From Raillietiella orientalis (Eukaryota): a stretch of 64,000 nucleotides of DNA. The stretch covers positions 6,634,001 through 6,698,000 of the forward strand of contig JAYWIR010000001.1 in NCBI GenBank assembly GCA_036172245.1, given 5' to 3'. The position numbers and the translations under genes are program-made. A model generated the notes under the pieces. It saw only the letters and a list, made by a program, of their open reading frames with translations, was not told the origin of the DNA and made no database searches. Below are positions 13,401-26,000 of this stretch, piece by piece (the stretch's first letter is position 1; the number at the start of each line of letters is the position of its first letter).

Positions 13401-14390
13401 GTAGGCAGACAGCCCAGAGACGTTCTTCGGCTTCTGCTCGTGCAGGATGCCCTGCGACCAGCCGCAGCCCTGGAAGCACTCTGCTGCATCCGAGGCATCG
13501 AGGCTGCGTGGAGAGAAGTCCGAAGACCCGACAACGAGAGGGGCGCCGTCGAACTGACAGTCCGCTACCTGCGGATTGCGACGAGATGGCCCTATCTGGG
13601 CAGAATTCAGACGGACCTCAAGGGCATCCTGCAAAGGATGGACCCTCCTCCCAGCGGTCAGTGATGCCTTCCTGGCCCACCAAAGTCTTTATTTTTTTTT
13701 TCTGTTTTATTTTTCTTTTTGTTTTTTCCCATTCCCTTCCGCTGCCGAGGAGCGTCGCACCGGTCTGCGTACCGGCGACCCGGCAGGTCCTGTTGTGTTG
13801 GCCGTAGGGGGGTCTGGTACCACGAACTATAGAGACTTTATAATAAACGTCCCGGCGTGACCGGGTGGCAACCAGCAATTTGGCGTCTGCGTTCAGGATG
13901 GCAATCGGACGCCAGTTGCCGATGCTCCGTAAGTCTCCGCTTCTGGGGAGGAGACGTACCTTTTCCGAGAGAAACATGGCGGGAATGTCTCCTGTTTTGC
14001 GTATCAGCAAGGTTAAGTGCTGTACCAGGAGGGTCAGCTCTGCCGCAAAGCATTGGAAAAACTCCGCAAACAGTCCGTCCTCACCTGGCGCCTTCTACCT
14101 CTTGAGCTTTCCGATCGCGGTGATTATCTCACCGATCATGAAAGGTTCGTGAGGCTTCTCTCCCATCTCTAGAGCACCTTCTGGGAGTAGGAATCGCGAA
14201 AGATCGCGGTCAGGAGGTGCTCTTGCGTAGAGGAGGAACAATACTTCCAGTACAGGGGGTGGCATCTGTTCTGTCCCACACTTTCCCTCGGGCATGGCGA
14301 TCGCAGCAGCAGCCACGCCCCTCTGCGAACTCGCTGAAATCCTGCGCTGCCTCCGTGGTCCCGTTCCGTCTCACGGGGAAGCGACGAACA
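10490..14390 (-). mobile_element. 5'-truncated L1/Tx1-like LINE (RT + zinc finger + 3' UTR), interrupted by a nested insertion at 12918-13871
   Basis: KVRLLPRSGDLRSIGNWRPIAILNADAKLL | AKLWTESLG..EQSYAVP, GMRQED..NADDLLLLL, GGLGLL, and a family-type 3' end at ~10495-10520. Confidence 0.9.
12918..13871 (+). mobile_element. 5'-truncated LINE of the same superfamily, nested in opposite orientation, 17-bp TSD
   Basis: CCAGCAATTTGGCGTCT at 12901-12917 and 13872-13888. The insert encodes CIMCG/ESFPHLIVDSVAL (zf-RVT) and ends AATAAACGTCCCGGCGTGACCGGGTGGCAA. Confidence 0.9.
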
Positions 14391-14797
14391 GATTCAGATG
14401 CAGCTTATCATCTGTTTACCCGAATCGTTGCCAGATGCGCTCCGGCTCCAGATACGCCGAAGCTCCCAGAATGAGAACGAAGACGAAGAACACTTGCAAA
14501 ATGCACTACAAGTGCAACCGCGCATGCGCCAACCCCCTGCGACCTGGAAAGCGGCTCCGCGGCGCGCCTCGCGTGACAACGGCGGCGCCGGAGCCAAGTT
14601 GCATGCCGCTGCGCGTCCAAACCCTGAACAAGAAGCATCACCAAAGATGGCACCACAGGAATTCACGTGTTCATTCTGCATGCTCCTTAGAACGGAAAGA
14701 TATAGAAAATCAAGAAACAGATAAGAGCATCGATCGGCACACATTCCGATCTACATGTACATTTTCGCGACAGTGTATGTTTTCATCGCAGCAAGTA

Positions 14798-15530
14798 CAG
14801 GCAGTTCTCGATTTACGAATGTTCGATTTATGAGCATTCGCCATAACGAACATCACAATTTTAAGATTTTTTTTTTTATTTGCGTAGCGCACGCAATAGC
14901 GAACATCACTGTAAGATTGATTGCTGACACCCTAAACTTACTTACTTAATACAGAAGGATGTGAAGGAAACAAACTGGAATGGTGTGCGGAAGGACTTGT
15001 GTCCTCAAAATGTGAAATGTTTAGGTGATTTGAGGAACCGGTGGAATCTGTGACTGTCGAAATTCTTGACCTGGGCAATCAATGGAACTCGACCTTGACT
15101 CGGCTGATGCAAGAGAGTTGTTGGACCCGCATTCTGAGGAATTAGCACCCGGTGAATTGATAGCAATAGAAGCAAATCGAAGCACAGAAGAAGTGTCAGA
15201 AGAATTCGATATTTCACATCCTTCCAGAACATTTACGACGCAGAAAATGGCTGCAGCTTTCAAGTTAATTTCTGAGGGATTGGCAATGTTTGAAGAACAG
15301 GACTCGAATATGGAGAGAATCGCTAAAGTGAAAAGAGGCGTTTATGGCTCATTGAAGTGCTACAGTGAGATTTTTCACGAAAAAAAGGAAATCACCGTGC
15401 AGTCTTTTATCAAATCCTATTTTAGAAGGGTGGACGAAACATCCGCAACCGTTTCAAGAGAAGTTCAACCACCTACCTCGTGTGTACAAAGTGACATTGA
15501 CGAACATTGATGGATACATGGACAAATGAA
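14798..15530 (+). mobile_element. Tigger/pogo (TIGD1-like) DNA transposon, internally deleted
   Basis: TA|CAGGCAGTTCTCGATTTACGAA Tigger-type end at 14796-14819. DVKETNWNGVRKDLCPQ, then ORF 15082-15510 (ELLDPHSEEL..FTTQKMAAAFKLISEGLAMFEEQDSNMER..CYSEIFHEKK) matching the TIGD1-type C-terminus. Confidence 0.85.
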
Positions 15531-17100
15531 AGTTCGATGCATATTTTATGTATTTACATGACATATTATATAATCTTGTTTATCCTTTTAATTAAATTTA
15601 ACTATTTACTATTGTATCTTGCTTTCTCTTAGTGTTTTTTTCAAATTTATTTTATGTTCGTACGTATGGTTATGATAGAACGTACATATTCGAATATCGA
15701 TTTGGTATATTCGTATATATATCTCTATTTATATCCGAATATGTATTTTGCACTTGAATGTTTATATGCTTCCCTCAATATACATATACACTGACGTCGA
15801 TGGAAACATATGTACAAATACGCATAAATGGATTTCAGTATATATGTCATTATCTACCTTTATAACAACAATATTGTTTCCCTTTAATATATGTTGATAT
15901 ATACGTATTTGAAAATATGCATCTACATGTTAAGAATGGATGTATCCATAAGAACTTGCATATAAAGAAAAATCTATTTATTTCTCTGTGCATTCTTGTC
16001 TGCAATAACATATTCATATCAACATGTGAATTGCGGTATCCATGAATATGTATCATGATTATCAGCATGTAGTTTCAAATACCACTCTATGTATATATAT
16101 TAATGTGCATACGTTTCTCTCAAATTATGCATATAAATACGGAGAGAGATACTGACACTTGCATGTATGTAGATATCAATAGATACGTTAATATCAATAC
16201 ATATCGATGAACCTATATGCATACATACATACATAGGGTATGTGAATATCCTCTGCTACTAATATGTTATTGCAGATCATAGGAATAAGAATGCTGATAT
16301 ATGCGTTTATGTGTATCATGAGCAATACATTTGTGTACACATGTTATTTTTCAAAAGTATACATGATTTCGTATCAATGCATAGATGTTACGTATTCCTG
16401 TGGACATATCAACATCAAGCTAGGTCAGCTATATACGTGTCTAAATATATATTAATATTCTCACGTAAGTATTCATATCCGTATTTAAACCTCACTGTTC
16501 AGATGTACACGTAGAAATATAGGCATCTATCAACACGCATGGATAGATACAAATCCCGTGATATATATGCACGAAGGACAACATATGTACATGTATCGGA
16601 ATCAGCATTTAGAAATGTATATTCACATATATCATATAAGTATACATGCTGATATCAACATATGAGTTAACATCAATTAAATGCATTGACTTTTGCGCTA
16701 TTGACATATATATATTAATATGAATGCATATACTTATCAATATCCAATATATACATCCCAATCATTGCATATATATTTTCATCCACATATACATATTAGT
16801 ATCATCAGAAATTTATACATAGGAATTCGTATATATATTTATAACAAGATGTTGCTTCATTAGTGTGAATACGTTCACAAAATGATCCATCTATATATGT
16901 TAATATATGTATACGTACATATACATAAGAGTGTATGTGTTTATACCGATCCATACGTGAATATACTCATAATTATAGAAAGAATGCACATATAGAGATG
17001 TGAATATTAGTATGTATGATAATATCATTTCATTTGTGGATGAGAGCACACATGTGAATATCCATATGTGTCATTTCGTGTCAAAATATGTATATTGGTT
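15530..17100. repeat. Degenerate (TA/CA/TG)-rich low-complexity region
   Basis: Very AT-rich with pervasive ATATAT/ATACAT/ATATGT words. No credible ORF. Confidence 0.8.
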
Positions 17101-17402
17101 ACCCTGAGTACATACCAAAATCAGGTGATGTTATCCTAATTGAGCGTGTCGACAGAAAACATCCTGGACTCTTGAAACGAGTTTCAATGTTGGCTCGTTT
17201 GGTACGGGCTTGTGAGACAGGGAAGAAAGATGACAGATGATGGGAAATCCTATATGAAAGACCTGGGTTGTCGTTTGTTAAGTGCGCATCCTACTTTTTT
17301 CGAGGGCTGTGGCCATTTACTGAAGGAACGATGGTCAAGAAATGACGCAGCCAGTGGGTGAATGGTCAGAGGAGTCTCAAGGAGCATGAATTGCAAGCTG
17401 TT

Positions 17403-17909
17403 TTTCACCCGGGTGCGCCCGGGCGTTTATTTAAAAACCATCCGAGAACAAAAGTTCCCCAGACAAAGGTTGCAGAAGTAGGAAGGGAGGGTTCCCCGAT
17501 ACGCAGGTTGGTAACACCGAAAGTCCGGAACGGAGGGAGAGGACTACAAATAAATTTATAAAAAATATAAATAAAGAAATGGGGACGGGGTCTTTGGCTT
17601 TGGCCGTTCCTTTCTTTCAGACCCGATGCCAGAGATCTCCTTCCTGACGTCTTCTGGAAGATGAGGCCACCTGGCAGCCGATGTCGTTGTCGTCGGCTAT
17701 TCCGGTGACCTCTCGAAGAATCGCCTGCGGCTCCAACTAATGGCGGGCCGTGACGATGGCGCGGATGCAGCAGCAGATCGTTGCGACGACCGCACCTAAC
17801 GACAGGCCGCCTGGCGTGAAGAGGCGGCGCATCAAAATCCTTGCGGTGTCCCCGTGGTGCAGGGGAGCTCCGCCACAGTCCTTGGAGGACAGCGCAGTCT
17901 AAGAGCAGG
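17403..17909 (-). mobile_element. 5'-truncated LINE 3' end with 16-bp TSD
   Basis: TGAATTGCAAGCTGTT at 17387-17402 and 17910-17925. Body is closely similar to 37060-37260. Ends AATAAACGCCCGGGCGCACCCGGGTGAAA on the minus strand. Confidence 0.9.
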
Positions 17910-19281
17910 TGAATTGCAAGCTGTTGAGGAGGCCATTAGCAAATGTGTTTTGCAGGCAAAGCTGCATGTTCTTTCCCTGCTGAGTAGTTTCCATGCATGT
18001 TTGCATAATGCATGCTCAACAGTAAAAATCACTTTCTTCATTATGGTGTCATTTTGTTGGATTTCATCTTTTCCAGTTCGCTAGTGAAGTGATCTCCTTC
18101 CAAGACGAAAGTTTTGCGTCCTGCATTGAAACATTGCTGTCCTTCGTGTCACTAGTGGTCTGGGGGTCATCTGTTGTCGTCCCGCATAACTTTTGATGTT
18201 TGAGAAATTATACTTGAAAAACTGAATGGTAGTGGAAATTGTGGATCGCTTTCCACCAAGGAAGAAGCCACCTTGCTGGCACGTCCTTGTCCTTGGCACG
18301 AGCCACGCAGTGGTCCTTCTTGGACGCACACGCAAGGACAGAGCAGGACGCAGGCCACGGATCATAATACGTAGCGACTCCCCGCCAACCAAAAAGGACT
18401 TCATTCATTTTTGGTCTGTCGTTCCTCACCCTACCATCTTCCCTCCCGGACTCTTCCCCAAGTGTGTTACGGGAACCTTCCGTCTCTTCTCTATTCTGGT
18501 TTCCTTACTGCATACCGTAAAAGTTGAGCAAACCGCATGACACCATCGGGTACCAAAGCAGTTCTTCACTTCCTCATTCTTCTGCACTTTGAGGACCCAG
18601 CTGTAAAGTCCGTTGGGACCGTTCTGTTGCTTACCTGCATGGGCTTTGCAAGCTTATTTGTACGTCATCGTACATAATACTGTGTACCACTACAAGGTGT
18701 GTTACTACGAGGGTGGAAAAGAGCTCGCCACGCACGGGAGATTTCTCGCTGTGTTTCTATTGCTCCTGCCCGTTCTAGATAAGTGCATGTCGTACAAGTA
18801 GATAATAATAATAGGAGCGTAGGCGTGGATTTTCACTCAAATCGTCATCATTGCGTCATCATTGAAAATGCGGCCGGTTGTTAGCATTTTCATATTCCAC
18901 GATGTTTACAGTGTGCCTTTCCCATGTCCCTGAGTGGATTCGGTCGTAAGGCCCGTTTGTAAAATCCACACGTGCACAGTCGTTTTCTTGGGAAGTTGGA
19001 TGCCAGCCGAGTTGGTTTTCGTCTTCCCCTAATTAAAGAAAATTCCGCCTTCGGGAAAATTGTGTTGGAACATGAGTATTCACTGTGTAAGCCAACGCAA
19101 CAGGAAGCTTCTGTCGGAGTTCTTATCCAAAGCAAATAGTATAATTGAGGAGTCATTAATTCATGCTTGAGTGTGCTCAACAGTACTGAAGACTCTTTGT
19201 GAGTTTTACTCTGCCGTGAAGTTGTTATCCGAAAGGGCCGTTTGATCGTGTAATGGAAGTGTTTTAAGTGTATGGAAGAGT

Positions 19282-20690
19282 ATGCCATTTAATGATGCAA
19301 ACTGTCAGAAAGATGAAGCAAATTTGGCCAAACGGAGATGGAGACTACTCTCGGAGGTTAATCCCGTGTTTTGTTTCATTTCTTCCATACGTATATAAAG
19401 AGTGTGATTTTGAGTCACAAGCAATCCTTAGCCGTGATTATATCTTTTACACATCTGTTGTTTTGTATTATATTTATAGACATGTACTGGATGTTTTCAT
19501 AGCTCTTTGATAGTTACTAAAAATCGTATGATGCTTGTACAGTATTCAGTATTGATGTATTTATCAATGAATTCAGATTTTCGTTCATGGAAGTAAAGAT
19601 GCTGAAGCTGCAGCTACGCATTCCATATCTGTCAGGAGATTTTCTTGGTATGGACTAATACAAGTCATGAAATTGGAGGTATCACTAGAAGGAGAAAATA
19701 CATTACTATGGTATTTGTATTCTTGCCCATTGCTGCAAAAAAGTATTAAAGTCTGGTATGGAATAATGGCTTGGTAATAGTTCATACAGTTTGTTTTAAT
19801 ATTACAGTCACATAAGTAATGCCTTTTCTTCATCACATCTAATAAATGAAAACAATACAGGATTAGTGTGTAAGTTAACAGTCCGAAAATTCTTTCATCT
19901 CCGAGGATTTGTAGGTGTATGGCCTTCTGAAGAAATACTTTCAGTTTATTGTTTGAAACATGCTGAAGAGTTTCAAAACAAGAACATAATTGAATTAGGT
20001 GGTGGGATGACTTGCTTAGCAGGACTTATGGTTTGCTGAATCTCATATTACTATCATGGTTTCTTGTAGCTTTCAGCAGCAGTTGCTTGCAATGTCTGTC
20101 TTACAGATGGAAATGCAGATTGTGTTGCCAATGTTCAACACATTGTGCAAGCTAATCCAGATCTTAAAGGCATTATTTCCGTAAGGTAATGGGAATCATA
20201 TGTATTATTATCAATTCCCTTTAAGGCAGTTATGTTGGGAACAGCAAGTAGATGAATCACTGGTTGCATGCTTTGATGTTGTTTTATGTGCTGACTGGTA
20301 GGTAAATGCATGCTTTTATTGTATTAAGATTAAGCATTTCAGTTTGTTTTTTGAAGATGATCATCATTCCTTGGTGTATTGTATTTATCATCTTCTTAAA
20401 AATCAGGTATCAAACACACTATGATTCTTTATTCAGGTTTAGTTCAGGGTAAGGCCTTAATTTTTGCCCCTAAAAGAGGAGATACCATGCAGTTGTTTTG
20501 TAATTTAGCTGCTGTTGTTTTTGACATTCACATAGATGAAAGATATGATGACCATATCTGGCATTTAAAAGATCAGGTTTGTAAGACATTGCAGATTAAT
20601 AAGTTGTAGTTATTGTCTTCTTCATGTTATTGCTATGATCTTCATTACCCTATTCTCCTCACAATGACAAAAAAAAAATTTATTACTTGA
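19282..20690 (+). CDS. CAMKMT: Calmodulin-lysine N-methyltransferase, 9 exons: 19282-19356, 19577-19755, 19808-19869, 19915-20030, 20070-20185, 20226-20297, 20343-20406, 20448-20576, 20610-20690 (894 nt, 297 aa)
   Basis: All introns are GT-AG and the phases join into an open frame: AKRRWRLL..SVRRF..NNTGLVCVWPSEEIL..IELGGGMTCLAGLM..LTDGN..FDVVLCADCLFF..GKALIFAPKRG..DLHYPILLTMTK. These match the CAMKMT family motifs. The start codon is the least certain part. Confidence 0.95.
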
Positions 20691-22705
20691 AGGGAAGCAG
20701 TATTAAGATTCTGTAAATCAAGTTGGTTTAAAATATTTAAGGTTCCATGCACGTTTTCCTTTAATATTGAATTCATTAGTATGTGCCCTCCAAAAATTAG
20801 TGCATGTAGGTGTCCTTAATAATGAATATTATAAAAAGCATAATCATATCAAGCCATGTGAATTGCAAAATGTTGGCTGAATTATAGTTTATTTCTTTTG
20901 ATTAGGAATAAATGTTTTTGGACAGTTGTATATTTTTAATTAACATGAAGGAGTGTTCACAGTTATATTGAATTATTTATGTAAAATGTCAAAGTCTTTC
21001 ATTGCATATTAAAAGTTCTGTATTTAATACAATTCAAAATACTTAATTCATGAATACAGTACATAATCTAAGAGTTTTCAGCTTGTAGTCTGCAGTTTGT
21101 TAGTCTGGATCATGGAGACCTTCCACATCATTCATCCCATGATGCAACCAAAATCAATATTTCATGAAGAAAAAAAAAAAAAAAAAATATTAGAATAGGC
21201 AGCTTTGGCTACTCCTTAGTTTTGATGAGTTTGATCTCTTGATTTGTTTTGTTTTGCTATTTGTTTCTCAAGAAATTTTGGGTTAAGCACACATGCAACA
21301 CCATATCTGTCTATATGGAACAACAACACTGTACACTCTGGAATGCATTACAACATCGTATTCCAAAACTTTCGATAAAAAAATTGGAAATTCCATAACT
21401 AATTAAAGAGTGACTAAAGAATTTGCATGTGAAACATGGCATTTAAACCAAAGAAAATTGTAAAACAATTGAAAACAATGATCCATTGTGCAAATAATTA
21501 GTGCTATCTACAGACATTCTAATTCATAAAATCAGTTATCCAGTAAATCAGATCATAATAGCTGTCTCTCGCTGGTATTATTGGCATAATTATAATGAAT
21601 ATTACTAATTACGACTGCCTACAACTTGAGAAGGGTAGCACATTTATGCTGTACAGTACTTTCACATCAGAGAACGTACATCAAGGTTCCATATTCTCTT
21701 CTGTAAATTTGTGCAAACAATACGAAAGCTGTTAAAGGCAGAAAACACTGGACACAAAAGTTGTATATCTGGGTGTATGCTGTTCCCATGAGAATACCAT
21801 TTACATTCCCAATTTCCAAACATGCACGCAAACTACTATTAATTAGTCCAACAAGCAACTTTTTTATGTACACAAAAAAGGTACTTTCCTGAACTACTTT
21901 TTTAAAAGCCACATGTTTTATTATTCACATTCTTGTATGAGATAAAAATTACAGCTTCCTGTTACTCATGTGAACAGCGTTACAATTACTATTGCAACGA
22001 CTACCACAAGCGGAAGTTACAAAATTTAGAACTATTCAGAACAAACTTCGTAAACAAACCTGGGATGCTCAAAAGCCAGCAAAACTCTGCCTGGTCTCTG
22101 ATCAAATTCCCTCCCCTGTTTTCTCCAACTGAGTTTCTGCGACGTTCAGCATGCTCGAGCCACTTGTTTTCCAGAATCCCAACTCCCAGAAACGCAAGCT
22201 AAACGACGTTTTCGAGACCACTTTAATTTGGACGTTTTACTTTTCTCACAAAACTGGTGCCGGTGCCCACTCCCTCTTCCTCCTCTCAGTCAGCACCCGG
22301 TTGCTAGGGGACGGGAGGAGGGGGCGTGCTAAGGCAACACGTGGACGCGAGGAACGCACGCCTGCACTCCGCCGCGCGTCCTCCGGGCTCCCTTTCTCCC
22401 TAGAGGGAGGGGGGGGGGGGAAGCATGAGTGAAAAAGGCAGTCGAAGGTTCCTGCCTGGAGAAAACTGCTCCCGATCCCCTTGGTGGGCCTGGAGTGGGA
22501 GTCACCTCCCTAAAACTTGTTCCCAGGGTGAAAGTGTACCCTGCCGGTGAACTTCGTCAGCTGCCTTGTCCAGGAGCCATCATCACGGTCAGGAGCTTTC
22601 CCGCGACAGCGAATGCTCGGGACGGTGGGTGGGCAGTGCAGAAAGGAGTGCATTCCGGGATAACTTGCCCTCGCCCTGTCACTCAGCCCCTTTCTTGGAT
22701 GATGG

Positions 22706-23735
22706 AAAAAATCCTTGGGTTCTTCTTTTCTTCTGTCTTCGCTGTTTTCCTTCCAGCTTTTTTTTTTAAGAGTTTTCTTTTTTTTGGTTCGCTAATTACC
22801 TCAGAGCCGGTCGCGTGCCTCGCGGCGCGCGTGGCTCGTTTTAAACATCAAACACTGTTTTCTTTCCGCGCCCCTCCGCGCGCGGCAACTCGCAATTCTT
22901 CAGTGTAATTCTTCAGGATAGGGGGCACCCCGGGATGGGGTCCGCCCTATGAATCCAGGAAGGGCTCGGAGTCCGTTCCTCTCACGCTTGGGGAGGGATC
23001 CCCCCGGAAGGGGGGGGGATCGCACCTCCCACCCTGGTTGTCTCCGAAGGGGAACCCCGGAGGGAATCTCCTTCCTCATTCTCTCCGAAGGGAACCCGGA
23101 AAGGATCCGCTTGTAGGAATTTCTTCTCCGGAGGGAACCCTCAAGGGAACCGCTCCTTGTTCACTCCTCTGAAGAGAACCCCAAAGGGACGCTTCCGAAA
23201 CTCAGAAGGGGCGCTGCAGCTTCCCGCAGGGAATCGCTCTCGCTTGCTTCCTTGTGCACTCTGTGGAGAGGCGACGACTCGGAGGGTCCCCCCCCGCAAC
23301 GGGGAGGGTCCGCTCCTTTGAACAACTGGAGAGGTGCCCGTGAGGTCTCCTGCTCCATCTTGAAACTGGATGGGTCCCCCGATGAGGGGGGTCCGCTCTC
23401 CGTTACACGACAGGAGGGGGAACTCCCCACTCCTTTTATACCTGGAAGGACCCGAAGGTCGTCGACTCCCATTGTGCCGGCCTTCACCGGGGACCTCTGG
23501 CTTAAACCACCACCTGTGCCACGCCCGAATAGTCATTCAAGGCCAACCAGCGCCGTTGCAGGAGAAACCCAACGGCGCAGTGGCTCAGTTTCTGCCGGAG
23601 TCTTCGAACCCGCGGCGCACGGTGCCACGCGCGGAAGCCTTAAACACGAAGCCTCCGACGCGGGCACGCGACCGGCTCTTGAGGTACTTGGCGAACCAAA
23701 AAAAAAAATAAAACTCTAAAAAAAAACAAAACTGG
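22706..23735 (-). mobile_element. ~1-kb tRNA-headed repeat family X (copy 1), flanked by a ~70-bp inverted repeat
   Basis: Minus-strand head at ~23588-23662 has A-box-like GGAGGCTTCGTGTTTAAGGC and B-box-like GGGTTCGAA. Internal degenerate TTCTCCG(A/G)AGGGAACCC units. 22753-22820 is the near reverse complement of 23662-23735. Confidence 0.7.
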
Positions 23736-24869
23736 TGCTACTTTTTCCACAAAACTTACATGCTATAACTGCGTGTCCAAGCGAGCAACACACTTTGGAG
23801 AGAACTCTCTTTGCCCATGCATGTTTAACGTATTTGTGCCCTTCAGTCCAAAGTTCAACACCGGCTACAGCATCCATGCTGCATTTCCACTGGTCAATTT
23901 ACTTCTTCGAAATGAAGATCTACCTTTAAAATCTTTTAGATCAACCTTCTATTATATTAATACAGCTATCTTTCTCCGAGTTCATTTTTTGTCAAGGAAA
24001 AAATCCCTTTTAAGGGTAGCCAAATCGTTTTTTTTTTTTTTTTACTTGAGAATAAATTTTGTTGAGATGCTTCAACGAAATGACGTTGGTGACCATCGCA
24101 GACTGAACCAAATCATGGGGGATCCCTTGATTGGTTTGTTGGTTTCCTTTTCCATGTCAGGGCTTCTGAAGTTTTTTCTCTACCAGGAGGTAGTGCTATC
24201 CTATCTTGCTATCTCAGAGAAATTAAAGTGCCAGATTAATAGTACGGGACTTGAATTTTCATTAATTACTCTTTCGTATCAGTGAATATCTAATGGTGTC
24301 AATTCTACAAGTGCTCAAACGCTACAGTTTCGAAATGTCCCTCTGAATAGTAAGAGTCAGCTAATGGTTGGCGTTACTTTCTGCAACACAATGCATAATC
24401 GAACGCGTGCATGCAATGGGAAATCTCCAATGATTCGCATTCGGCTGCAACTCGTGCAAAAGAATCAAAGACTTTGATCCCTGATCTTGTAGTGAAATAC
24501 AGTAGTGGAGTTTTCTTTTTTTTTTTTTTTTTTTTTTTTAGTTCTCATTTGACTCGGAAGTTGTACGGGGATTGAGCGAACTGATTACGCCTTACAGAGA
24601 TCATTTCACGGCAGCCGTGCTCATGACGTCACATCCCGGGGCGCTTCTCCACCGTCCCTTAGCACTCTAAAGCGGTGGATTCTGCTTCTGCCCTGACGAA
24701 GTTTCGGCACATGGGTGCCACGAAACTTCTAGTGAGAGAGGTCACAGGAATTTGATTACGATGGCACCCTAGAGCCGGTGAATCCGTAGAGGACGAACAT
24801 CGAGAAGGTAACTGGGTCGAGACATAATAAATCACTTTTGCTCTGAGGATGCACGGAGATTTTCGCCAG

Positions 24870-25030
24870 CGCCATTTTCTCCGAATTGCATTCGTGATTT
24901 CGATTGCAACATATGTAGGTACACTTTTCCAAGAATGAAGCTCTAGTTTTTGGTTGTACCTATTTTCATTAAAGGTTTTCTCGAGGGCAGCTTGCAAGTG
25001 ATGAAGTAGTCACACACGCACCGGCGGTGT
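24870..25030 (-). pseudogene. Possible homeobox remnant
   Basis: RRC...QAALEKTFNENRY...NAIRRKWR resembles helix 1 (QLxxLExxFxxxRY) and the helix 3 end (NRRxKWR). WFQ is absent. A poly(T) lies at 24516-24539 downstream on the minus strand. Confidence 0.35.
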
Positions 25031-25599
25031 TAGGGTTTGGAATGTCTACTTGAATTTACAATTTCAATGACCACAGTGCTCTGGATAGTACTCTAGCACT
25101 TCAAAAGTGTGCATTCTATGCCCTTTAATGAAATTATTTTTGCGAATTTTCTGGATGCCTTCACTATTTGAAGTCCTTTCACGGATAAGTCCCCTCTTGG
25201 AGATTTTTTTTTAGAACGCCAGCGTCAAATGTTTGCAATGTATTCTGATGAGTAATCATCAGTATTCTTATATTTATATTTGCATTTTTTGAAAGCATAG
25301 CACATTAAAATTTTCTTAAGGCTTAGTATAGGCGTCGTTCATTTACAGCTGCAATAACCACGTCTCTTAAGTTCTTAGAGTACAGCAAGTGCTTAAGAAA
25401 TGTGTAGATTGCGACAAAATAAGTCTGATTCAATTAAACACCGCTAAAATCACTGGCAAGAATCACTGGTTGTACGTTTATCTGAAATGCACGTTTTTGT
25501 TTAGTGTCTGTGTTTCTCAAGCTGCAAGATTATATTCGTATCGCTTCAAACTATGCAAAGAATAATAACGTGATCTATATTAAGGCCTATTACATCGTG

Positions 25600-26000
25600 C
25601 GTATTTCGAAATCTCTTATGTAGAACTTGAAAAGCTACCCAGAATATCCAAGGAAGATGTACTGCCGTGAGTAATTTTCTGAAGCCATGGAAACGACGTG
25701 TGTAAGGGACAAATATGTTGACCTCACGTTTTAATCTGTACGCTTCTTGCGTGTCACTGAAGTTCGAAGATCTCCGAGAATTCGTGAATTCCGAAATTCG
25801 GTGAGCAGAAAGGAATATGTCGCGAATGCTTTTCTTCCCTCGACGTCCCCAAAGGGAACGATATTTCGAGAGTGCTTCCCGGTGGTTTCGAGTCCAAAGT
25901 GATTAAGGTAAGGCGCTTTCATCCCATCTTTCAAAAGGATGAATCACATTTTCTTGATTTGAAAAAATGAAGAGCTGATGCAAGCATACGTGTATCTAAT
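25600..26000 (-). pseudogene. Maverick packaging ATPase remnant (element B)
   Basis: Minus strand: KDGMK...TTGKH, then GKKSIRDIFLSAHRISEFTNSR (GKxxRTISLNAHYIVLFKNPR). Confidence 0.65.

Noticed and set aside
22990-23200. CRISPR-like repeat-spacer array in family X
   Set aside because: Units are degenerate and variable without unique spacers, the context is eukaryotic, and there are no cas genes.
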